DNA of 34,405 nt from Phoronis australis (lineage: Eukaryota; Animalia; Phoronida): assembly GCA_002633005.1 (NCBI GenBank), contig NMRA01000205.1, positions 68,565-102,969 on the forward strand, in the 5' to 3' direction. The notes beneath the pieces were generated by a model. That model was given only the letters and a program-made list of their open reading frames with translations, was not told the DNA's origin and made no database searches. A program made the position numbers and the translations under genes. Each line of letters begins with the position of its first letter. The first letter of the stretch is position 1. This document shows, piece by piece, positions 11,924-22,373 of the stretch.

Positions 11924-12023
11924 TGTAATGTTTTCTAAATGTTTGGTTAAAACATTGTAAATATTCCAGTTGATGATATAAGTTGTGATGAAGTGCGATT
12001 TCAACAAACATAGACCAACTGAC

Positions 12024-12146
12024 CTGCACAAGTTCTCTTATCAGACCTTAGTCTCATGTTAGGTGGGCAAAGACAAGCGTAACTGCCGTACGTGTTCCGG
12101 CAGACGTGTGAACACAACTTTGTGTTCTCTCGGCATTCATCCATAT
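12024..12146 (-). CDS. EGF protein exon 10 (cbEGF)
   Basis: DMDECRENTKLCSHVCRNTYGSYACLCPPNMRLRSDKRTCA; tttcag|...G|gtcagt; phase 1-1. Confidence 0.92.
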
Positions 12147-12426
12147 CTGAAAAATATGGTGACCAACTGATCATTGCTGGTGGAACGACCAACCAGTTTC
12201 ACAAATGGCTGCATTTGATTGACTTTGCGGGTTCCATCATTGAGAACCAATCAGAAGTTTTAAACAGGTTGGCCAAGTGGAACCAGTGACGTCAATCAAG
12301 TGCATCCAATGTATCTGTAACATACATGGTGCATGATGGAGGCACTTTATAGAGCAGAGCCTAGTGTTCAAATCAACTAAACGTCAGGATACAGAACATT
12401 CGCACTAAAAATCAAAGGAATGGTGC

Positions 12427-12612
12427 AATGATAGAAACAGCACAATGTGCATCATTCAATGATAGAAACAGCACAATGTGCATCATTCAATGATAGAAAC
12501 AGCACAATGTGCATCATTCAATGATAGAAACAGCACAATGTGCATCATTCAATGATAGAAACAGCACAATGTGCATCATTCAATGATAGCAACAGCACAA
12601 TGTGCATCATTC
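12427..12612. repeat. 31-bp minisatellite, 6 copies
   Basis: Unit AATGATAGAAACAGCACAATGTGCATCATTC. Confidence 0.97.
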
Positions 12613-12978
12613 CGGACAGACTTATGACACTCGTTCTTGGCAATTTCTTATGTCAAAGTCATCAGGACTTATGTATGAGACAACTGCACTAAATTTGGTC
12701 TCAAAACGTTATACTACATTACGGATTGAAATCAGTAAATTAGCTTGTGCAGGTGATTACATTTAAGTGCCGCAAGCAACGTGGATGTCTGTGTGATGGA
12801 AAGTAACTGGTTCCCTTTCCAAACGCCAAACGGAGTCGATCGAGTTACAAGACTCCATAATGTGAATCATGCCACAAAGAAGTCTACGGGATGGAAACCA
12901 GCTGGTTCCCTGCCTAAACACCAGACGAAGGTGGAGTTACAAGACTCCATATGTCTGGCAAGCTTTTGCCTGGCCTAC

Positions 12979-13110
12979 CTGATTGACAAGATGAGCCTGT
13001 GAAGCCCGGGGCACAATGACAGACGCCACTCACACAGGTGCCACCATTCTGACAGCCAGGAAAACATTCAATTTGTTTGCATGTTCTACCATCGCTGTTT
13101 AAAGTATGAC
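12979..13110 (-). CDS. EGF protein exon 9 (end of a cbEGF plus one EGF)
   Basis: GHTLNSDGRTCKQIECFPGCQNGGTCVSGVCHCAPGFTGSSCQS; phase 1-1. Confidence 0.92.
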
Positions 13111-14068
13111 CTGAAACAAACCCAGAGCAATCTGTTGTCAACACCACGGCTAACTGTCATTTTTTCAACGGGCGGTATATCCAGTCATGTGTTCCAATTG
13201 TGCATTCTCTATGCAGCTTGAAACATATGCAAAACATGTCTTTCTCAAATATAACAAACCTAAATATTTAAGTTAGAACAAACTTGACAGACAATTACAA
13301 ATTTCCGCAACTCTTGATTTATGTGGAATTGACACAACAGTACTGTAAACTGTAATTTGCTAAATTTTATTTTGATACTTTGCTTTTTTGTCTTTGCTTA
13401 CTGCAAAAGCTGTGGGGGTCACCGAATTCATTCTCTACATGTTACAGAGGCCTTAACGGGGAAACCTATGGCAAAACATGAAATTCTGCTCTGAGTTACT
13501 AAAAGCCATTCCTAAGTAATGATTGGCATCCTTTTTAAAATGGTTTAATGTCGTCGTAGTATGCTAGTTTTATGTTTTAACGTCGTTAAGTTGCCAGGTT
13601 CACTGATTTTCTTACTGATTGCAGCCAAATAGTGCTTTTCTGGATTGTGATCAATACCCTGAGCTTTAGAATTTTGCCCTTTACCCATTAAAAATCTGTT
13701 ATCTTCTATTGATGCCCCCGTGTTTATTAGTACAAAATCTGGAAAACTAAAAGTCATTGAGTCACCACCCCAATTTTTGGCTAATTGAACAAATGACACA
13801 TGAACATTGGCCGTCTATAAATACTTGGTTAATGCATAACCAAATAACGTAATCAAACTTTTGAACTCAAACACCACCTTGGCACGATGTACAGTTTCTA
13901 CTCATGTCAACCGCAGGCACAAATTATCATTTTGTAACTCTTAAACCTTTTTGGATTTTAAGTGTTGACTCGTCTGCAGTGAAAACAGTTTTGAATGAAA
14001 ATGTGGACTATAATTTTAGTTTTAATTCAAATATGGAACATCAAAATGACTTGTTTCAGTCAACTTAC

Positions 14069-14155
14069 CTGAAGGGCAGGTGCACTTGAAACTGCCAAAT
14101 GTGTTCATACAGCTATGTTCACAGTAATCAGTGAGCACTTGACACTCGTTGACAT
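14069..14155 (-). CDS. EGF protein exon 8 (first part of a cbEGF)
   Basis: DVNECQVLTDYCEHSCMNTFGSFKCTCPS; tacag|...G|gtaagt; phase 1-1. Confidence 0.92.
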
Positions 14156-14599
14156 CTGTAATATTTAATAAGTTTTAATACCATGACTAAGAAATTCCCA
14201 CATCGGTATGAAAAAAGTTCTTACGTTGGTGACTTACCTTTCTAAAATCGGTATCATCCTTTTCCGTAAAAAATAAACAGATTAGAAATAATTCAAGCAC
14301 ATAGACTGGAACAGGCAGGATTGCTAAAGATTGTTCGCTGAACCTATTATTAAGTTCTTGTCACTAATCAGCACACACGTCTTGGGTGTTAATAAGCGGG
14401 TTTACTAAAACTTCCTTTACATACTGCAAGTTTTGTTTTTTCTGTCTTAAACATTACATAGTGAATTGTTCAATCGGTGGTTGCAGTCACCAAAACAAAG
14501 TTTTCAGTTGTACAGCAAATTTATATCTTCAGAAGGAAACTATTGAAAGTTTTGCGCAGTGGAGGAGCATAGCCACTTTGTTATTTAATTTTCACCCAC

Positions 14600-14731
14600 C
14601 TTCTTGGCACATCTTGCCGCCTATTCCAGATTTACAAATACAGCCCACAGGGGTCATGGTACCACCATTAGCACACCCCGCTGGCTGGTCGCTACCAACA
14701 GCCTCACAATGGTTTCCTCTCCAAAGCTGAC
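14600..14731 (-). CDS. EGF protein exon 7 (degenerate EGF-like)
   Basis: GQLWRGNHCEAVGSDQPAGCANGGTMTPVGCICKSGIGGKMCQE; atcag|...G|gtgggt; phase 1-1. Confidence 0.87.
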
Positions 14732-14790
14732 CTGATAAAAAAGCAAACTGTTGTGTAACTAAAGGGAATTTGTGAGTTGCTGCCCAAAAC

Positions 14791-14906
14791 AACAACTATA
14801 GCAAAATAGAGCATCAACATACACTAATTACTTCTATGATTCACAGATTAACAACTATAGCAAAATAGAGCATCAACATACACTAATTACTTCTATGATT
14901 CACAGA
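14791..14906. repeat. 59-bp tandem duplication in a 246-bp intron
   Basis: AACAACTATAGCAAAATAGAGCATC...GATTCACAGA at 14791 and 14850. Confidence 0.93.
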
Positions 14907-14977
14907 CTCACAGTTGGGCATCTAAGAAATATGTCAAGGTCTGTTTACATTTTGTGCATTTCTAAAGGAAACTTTAC

Positions 14978-17422
14978 CTGGAGGACAGGTTGGTACTTGC
15001 ATTGTTTCCACATCAGGATCGATGGGCACACATACTGACCCCTGGACAGTGACGCTCGATATCAATCCTGGTGGACACTCGTTGTTACTTGATGGCTGAG
15101 GCTCTTCACATATAATACCTGTTTCTATTCTTGCCATGACCAAACCTGGCGGGCACTGGAAACCATCCGGCTGTTGTTGGCATCCATTGGAGCCACTGCA
15201 AGGCTGGTTGTCACCACAGTCTCCATTAACACATGGCTGCTTTCCACCACAGTTGCCATTCAAACAAAGCTGCGGACCACAGTTACTGCCACTGCAAGGT
15301 TGAACACCACCGGTGCACTCATCACTTGCACATGGCTGTTGATTGCGGGCACAATCAGTTCCAATGCAAGATTCAGCCTGGCACCCTCCCTGTGCACAAG
15401 GACCCTGGGTGCAGTCATTTCCCGTGCAATGAATCGAGGACACACCAGTACTTAAGCATCTGGCATCAGTGCAAACAGTACCTTGGGGGAGGGGACCAAA
15501 TGGCAGTGAAGAATCAAGAATGTCTTCTACGCATTCTGTCGTTGAACATGGGTTTCCAGCTGACGGTGGTACCTGACCGGACAATCCAGCAGAGTGACAC
15601 TCGTCAGACTTGCATGGACTACTGCTACCATCAACTTGTCCTGGATTACAGTCGTCACATAGGTTTTCAGAATACTCAGGTCGATTCGTTGTTCTATCGG
15701 AGAGTGGTGGTACATCCTTGCCAAACTTATTTAAGAAGCCATTTCTAGCTTTCTTGGAGTCATCTTTGCTGAAATGAGCAAAAGGGCTCACAGAGTCTGG
15801 TAAAGTATCCTTGCCAAACATATTGATGAATCCACCCACTCTTGCTCTGGATACCTTATCATCCTGTTTTCCATCATGGTGCTTTGGTAAGCTTGATGAT
15901 TGATGAGAACCGTCACAGTCATTGTGTTCACACGAGGCTGCTTGAGCGCCATCTTTGTCCTGATGGCCACTTTGGTGATCTGAACAGTCCAGGTTGAGAC
16001 AAGGTTGTACCTCAACACCAGGGACTTCAATGAGGCTTCCTTGCTGATGGCGCTGTTGATGATGATGCTGCTGTTCCTGTGGTGAAATATTGGCCACTGG
16101 TCCACTACAGCCACCATCTGCACATGGCGCACATCCACCATTACCACAAGGGACTTTCACCTTTTCATCACCATCAGCAGAAATCTGGCAGCCTGCACTA
16201 CCACAAGGGGACCCCTCACAGGGAGTGTTCGTACAGGGATTGCTGCCTTGTTGGGTCCACTGAACCTTGTCTCTACGGAACTGCGGTGGAGTTTGAGCAG
16301 AGTGTGAAGGAAAAAACAATGTCTTATCAAGAACTGCCCGTCGCTGCCCCTGAGTATATCCTCCCAAAGACGAATAAGAAATTGATGGCAAATCACCCAC
16401 TTTACGAGGTGGAATTTGCGCAGACGGTGTTTGTATGTGGTGAACTGTGTCCTGTTGCGGGACAAATAACGTGGCACTAAGACGACCATTTCCCTGATGC
16501 TGTGAGTACGCTGGACTAAACACCCTGTGATGCATCTGAGACTGTTGTTTCACTGGCTTGTGAAACTGTGATGTAACTAAACGAGACTGCCACTGTGAGG
16601 ACTGGGGTCTGGATCTGTGACCAGACTGGTGGTGTCCACTAAACAGCTGACGTCGACCCTGAGCTTGAGGAAACTGTTGATTGTACAAATTCGCTGTAAA
16701 CTGATGACTGTTGCCACGATGAGGTCTCCATTGGTTGTTGCCAGTGCTGAGCACAGTATGCTGTGATGGAACGTACAATGTGGCAGTAATGCCATTATTT
16801 GTTGCCATTTGGGCGTGACCTTGGGCGTGACCTTGGGCGTGACCCTGCTGCCACGATGCTCTCGTAACATGGCCACTGTTGTCAGTTTCAGAATATTGGT
16901 ATGGCCTCCGTATTTCCTGTCTTCTATGCTGCTGAAAGTATGGCCTCACATTTTCACGGTTGTTAGTTCCAGATGGGAAGAAAATTTCACCACCTTGTCT
17001 GTCAGCTGAGAATGCTTGCCTTCCCCGATGCAAGAGCCTGTTCTGGCTACCATAACCGTGGCGATACATACTATTTGACCCAGTCAAAGGTGGTCTCCGG
17101 GCATAATGCACTCGGCTTTGTGTAGGCACAGATAACACAGCTCTTACGCCTGCAGTATTCAGAGCCTGTCTGTAACCGGGCTCCAAAACTTGCGAAGTAC
17201 GTCCTCCAATGAACTGTGGTGAATATTCTCGTGTCCTTTCTGCCTGGTGACTAACAGGAGACATTCGGAGCCACTGCTGGAACTCCTGCTGGGCTGGAAT
17301 GTCTGAAGGGGTACCAGATGGAGGGGAGTCACAGCTACCATCAAGACAACTCGGTCCATCCAGCTGGACACAGCCTTTACCTTTGGGATGTGGTTTAGCA
17401 CCATTTTGACATCGACTCTCAC
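14978..17422 (-). CDS. EGF protein exon 6: giant 2445-nt exon (815 codons), low-complexity and Cys-rich
   Basis: Acceptor ctttccatttgcag at 17423; frame is open 52 codons upstream of the ORF-track Met at 17264; donor CCA G|gtaaag at 14977; phase 1-1. Confidence 0.88.
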
Positions 17423-18329
17423 CTGCAAATGGAAAGTTGGTTGAATTAAAGGATTAAATTTAATCTGTAAAAAAGAATTAGGTTTGAACTGATCACTCAA
17501 AACCATAATACATGTTCGACATTTGTGAAAAACGAGGTCAAGTTTTTACAGAAGACATGTCAGTTTATAGCCACTTTTAAAAAAGAATTGTAGTTAGTGG
17601 TTGCTATTGAAGAGGGTTAGGTATCATCAAATTCCTTTGAAACAACTCCCTCATTCATACTTACTGGGAATTCTATGTAACACCAACTTCTTGTATGCAT
17701 ACTGGAATTGCTATGAAATAGCTATTAAAGAGGCCTCGAATGTGAAAAACAGACTAACTTGCAATATTGAAAGTGGTTCTTTGCCACCTAAACAAAATTC
17801 AACCTGCTCACCAGGTAATTTTTGTGAATATTTTTAATTTCTGTTGACATCAAAGCATTTACTTTTAGTTTCAAATTTCACGAAAACAACCTGTCCACTG
17901 GTCGCCAATTCGTTCGTTTTTCTCCCAAAAGGCAAACCACGTCTCATTTGGTGTGACAAGACGTAAACGTAACACATTTCCCTTATATAGAAAATGTGAC
18001 CTTTGACCTCAAGCAACTGACTGTGAGAGCTTGCACCCATTTGTCATAAGTGGGAGATTAGAAACTCTGTGGTAACCACAGAGATTTTTCTTCGCGAGTA
18101 TTTCAAAAAACGTGAATTTTAGCAATTGTTTTCTGGAAATTTCCCCACAGAGCAAAGTGAATTACTCTGTACGAGACGTTGCATGATGGTACTTTAGTCG
18201 AGAATAGTTAAAAAGGTATTTTTGACAAGCTTCCATGTTCCACGCCTCTTTAAATTCATACTTACTGGAGTTTCTTATGTAATAAGAACTTCTTTTATTT
18301 CTATGAAATCATTACTTCTTTATACTTAC

Positions 18330-18470
18330 TGAAGTCACCTAAGGCATGACAGCTCCTCCCATCACTGCTTAGTGTGAAGCCAGTGAAACATGCGCACATA
18401 AAGCTTCCGTGAGTGTTCACACATCGCTGGTCGCAGCCTCCATTTCTAAGACGGCGACACTCGTTGGTAT
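18330..18470 (-). CDS. EGF protein exon 5 (cbEGF)
   Basis: [47 protein letters not shown]; donor A|gtaagt, with an alternative in-frame donor G|gtgact at 18339. Confidence 0.9.
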
Positions 18471-18965
18471 CTAAACCCAAGGAGAGTAGTCAGTTTGTCA
18501 CCATAGTCAAATACTACAACGTTATAACTTTTATTTTTAGCAACTGAACAAAGTTTCACAACGAGAGTATGTAATGCTTCATTTTGGAGAACAACAAATT
18601 AAAAGAAATCCAAGGAATTCAATTATAATAGAAAGAAAAAATTTCCGGCTGCAGCTAATTTTTGTAAAAAAATCCCTTCACTGACTCACACATTACTAAG
18701 TTTTACTAAAGCATAAATTATTTACCTGTCACATTTCAACAACCATAAGACTAAGCAGGACCCTAAAAAGATGTCTAACGTTGAAATATCATAACTCAAA
18801 AATGGCAGATACTACACCATATGCACTGTTCTTCAAAACACTGTTAGGAAAGAACTGTTTTCAAAATAATCCAATTTTGCAAGTTGGACTCATGACTTTA
18901 AAAAAAAAACTTTAATGCATGAAATAAAAACAAAAAATAATAAGAAAACAGCGTAAAAATCTTAC

Positions 18966-19115
18966 CACGACAACTGACACTATCGGCAGCCAGGGTAAAG
19001 CCACTCATGCATGAACAGCGGGGCACACCACGAGTCATGTGACAGTTCTGTGAACACTTGGGTGTCATGGTCATGCAGGTAAGGCCACCAAAGCTGGGTA
19101 AGCGCTGTGGCAGCT
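18966..19115 (-). CDS. EGF protein exon 4 (EGF-like)
   Basis: ELPQRLPSFGGLTCMTMTPKCSQNCHMTRGVPRCSCMSGFTLAADSVSCR; tttttag|...G|gtaaga; phase 1-1. Confidence 0.9.
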
Positions 19116-19283
19116 CTAAAAAATAGAAAATGTCAACAATTAATTTTACAGAAAGAATTCTTCAATTTGGGCAGTCGTTGCCGTGAATTCGCTTACAAGG
19201 AAAACATGCATTTCTAGAGATATGCAGGAATTTGGTTCTTCACCTGTGCTCTTATTGAGTGGCTTTAACCAGAATCAAAGCAA

Positions 19284-19617
19284 GTGCACGGCACCAACAT
19301 TGGACATAGTTGTGATGATCGCATTGTCCGGTGCACAGCACCAACATTGGACACAGTTGTGATGATTGCATTGTCTGGTGCACGGCACCAACATTGGACA
19401 CAGTTGTGATGATCGCATTGTCTGGTGCACGGCACCAACATTGGACACAGTTGTGATGATTGCATTGTCTGGTGCACGGCACCAACACTGGACACAGTTG
19501 TGATGATCGCATTGTCCGGTGCACGGCACCAACACTGGACACAGTTGTGATGATCGCATTGTCCGGTGCATGGCACCAACACTGGACACAGTTGTGATGA
19601 TCGCATTGTCCGGTGCA
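19284..19617. repeat. 47-bp minisatellite, 7 copies
   Basis: Unit GTGCACGGCACCAACA(T/C)TGGACACAGTTGTGATGAT(C/T)GCATTGTC(C/T)G. Confidence 0.97.
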
Positions 19618-20486
19618 AGCGAGATCTAATTAAGCAGCCCTAAACTGTCTCTGCTTGTACATACTGTGAATTTTCAAAATGCATAAACCAATAATTTTTG
19701 TTAAAAATAAAAGTTACGGTGGTATTCACCTCAGCATAAAAAGCAACTTTGTAATGGTTTTTGATTTTTAAAAATTGACCTAATATGCTAAAATCACAAA
19801 CATTGGTTATGGATTGAAGAGAAACGGTTGTGCATATTGATATACGAATAAGAATGAAAATTTCCATTTTACAATCCAAAAAGCTTGTACGAATTATTTT
19901 TCCGACGCAAATATGTGTACGAACTATTTTTCTCTCAGACGCCTACTGTACGAACTGTTGGAGACAAACGGCATGTTTCAAGGGTCCTGTACGAACTAAT
20001 AGAGTGTACAAACTAGAGAAAATACTGTACTCAGAGGATTTACAAATGCTGAACATAATTAACAATGTGACATGGTTATATTCTATTAGTATTAAACGAA
20101 ACTACATTATGTTAAATAAAAACAACACATGTTGACCAATCATGTCAAATTACTTTATTCAAGGAGTAACATGCTACCGGAAAACTGTGATATTTGAGAG
20201 AATGTGCAAAATGATGGTAATCAGCAAAACACGTGTTGTAAAGACAAAGGCAAGCTTCAAAGTCCGAAAATGAGAAATTTCAAGCAATAGATGAGGTGGG
20301 TCAGTGGGGTAGATCTGACATCTTATGTTTCACTGACAATTAAAATCTGACACTGTATTGGCACTCAAGCTTAAAATAAAGTCAAAAGATACCAACCAAG
20401 CAAGAAACAAAACAATTAAATAATTTAGGTAGACTTGAGAATCAAAAATAAAATGACGAGAAAGGTATGAAACATGTTTAAAACCG

Positions 20487-22373
20487 CCCGGGTGAGAATT
20501 TGACACGTTTGACACGCTCTAGAAACGTGGAGTATTGGAACGCTCTAAAAACGTGTCGAACGTGGAAAACGTGGCGTGTCAAACGTGTAAAATGTAGCGT
20601 GCCAAACGTGTCAAGAACGTGTCAAAAACGTGTAATTTTCGTTCCAATACTCCACGTTTGACACGCTTAGCGTGTCAAACGTGGCGATAAGCGTGTAAAA
20701 CGTGGCGATAGTGTGTCGAACGTGGCGTGCCAAAACGTGGCAAAAACGTGGCACTTTTGACATGCTGGCGTGTCGAACGTGGCGATAAGCGTGTAAAATG
20801 TGGCGATAGCGTGTCAAACGTGGCGTGCCAAAACGTGGCAAAAACGTGGCACTTTTGACACGCTAGCGTGTCAAACGTGGCGATAGCATGTCGAATGTGG
20901 CTTGCCAAAACGTGGCAAAAACGTGGCACTTTTGACACCCTAGCGTGTCAAACGTGGCGCTTTTGACACGCTAGCCTGTAATCTGTGTCATTGCCATGGT
21001 AGCGACCCTACATTTAGCCTGAGGCCGTGTACAAGCCATAATGTTCTTGTTTATAGCAGCTCACCATCCACCATGGGAATCCATACTGAAAGCAAATGTA
21101 TAAAGGGATTTCTTCTTTAAGTTACAGTTTATTGTTACTGTTGATGTAAATAATCCAAAATGTGATAATGATATAGAATCATTAAAAGGATAATGTAACT
21201 ATCCAACTCTTACCACATACTGTTGTCACTAAATTTCATTTCATCTAGAATAACATTAACACAGAAATAAGAAAATGGTTCAACATACAAATTTGAAGTG
21301 CTTAAGCTGCTATATATATGCATATAAGTCTAAGCTTTTGAGTCAGGCCAGTTGCTTGAAAACAGTTTATGAAGTAAAGAACAGACGCACTTTGTAACAT
21401 CTTTGAATTACCAAGAGTGATTCAACATTTGTCATAACATTGAGTTCATGTTGATTTTGCAGCCCAAACCTCTAAACACAATGTCTTATCCTCATTCAAG
21501 CTGACACAAAATGTGAGTTGATCCAATAACAACAATATTATGAATTGATATACTACTGAAGATGAGAGGCGTTCCAACTTCATATATTAACTGCGTAGTC
21601 AACAGTTTCTACTGACTCTTGTTTTCTGTTACAATCAAACTTACCTGTAAAAAGAAGGACCATTTGCAAGAAAAGTTTATCAAGCCACTGTCAACCAGAG
21701 TATATACATACTAAACTTCTGTTAGAGCTGCACCACACTCGAAAACCATACTTCATAAGTGCTCTCCTGAGAGGACTGCACTCTCTGACAGCTAAACCAA
21801 CTGTAACTCAGTATTTGGATATTTCAATAGGCAGTGAAAACTTTTGTTGCAAACTCTTTGATGTTATTGAGGGAACATGTTTAATCATTCAAATTGGGTG
21901 ATTACCTCCCAGTGGCCTTTTCAGAACTGCCAAGCCTATTTAAATTGTATCTTTATTGAAGAGTTCTATCATATTTTACACGTTCGACACGCTAGCGTGT
22001 CAAAATTTTACACGTTCGACATGCTAGCGTGTCAAAATTTTACACGTTTGACACCATAGCGTGTCACATTTTACATGTTTGATATGCTAGCGTGTCAAAC
22101 TTTACACGTTTGACACGCTAACGTGGCAAATTTTACACGTTTGACACGCTAACGTGGCAAATTTTACACGTTTGACACGCTAACGTGGCAAATTTTACAC
22201 GTTTGACATGCTAACGTGGCAAATTTTACACGTTTGACACGCTGACGTGGCAAATTTTACACGTTTGACACGCTAGCGTGTCATGTTTTTACACGTTTTA
22301 CACGTTTTTTTTACACGTCTGACACGTTTGACACGCTCAAAAGCGTGTCAAACGTGTAAAATTCTCACCCGGG
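20487..22373. mobile_element. Non-autonomous foldback DNA transposon (possibly CMC/EnSpm-like) with subterminal tandem arrays
   Basis: TIR CCCGGGTGAGAATTTGACACGTTTGACACGCT / AGCGTGTCAAACGTGTAAAATTCTCACCCGGG (1 mismatch); ACGTG/GACACG-rich arrays at 20500-20975 and 21975-22360 (31-bp units on the right); unique core of about 1 kb; no clear TSD, so the superfamily is uncertain. Confidence 0.8.

Noticed and set aside
14225-14250. 4-nt microexon (ttttag|AAAG|gtaagt on the minus strand)
   Set aside because: Would frameshift the downstream EGF exons and has a poor polypyrimidine tract.
15174-17009. Overlapping antisense and alternate-frame ORFs within the giant exon
   Set aside because: Expected shadows of a long GC-richer coding exon; no independent motifs.
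14934-17264. 776-aa ORF as a standalone single-exon gene
   Set aside because: No signal peptide; the frame extends to an acceptor at 17423 and leaves by a donor at 14977, in phase with flanking EGF exons.
10385-19115. Calling the EGF gene fibrillin, Notch or an actual VWCE orthologue
   Set aside because: No TB, LNR, transmembrane or VWC domains seen; orthology needs a phylogeny, so no symbol is given.
19252-19618. Cys/His-rich ORFs resembling metallothionein or zinc fingers
   Set aside because: Translations of a 47-bp intronic minisatellite cycling through all frames.
20611-20938. ORFs as transposase fragments
   Set aside because: They translate the subterminal tandem array and lack catalytic motifs.
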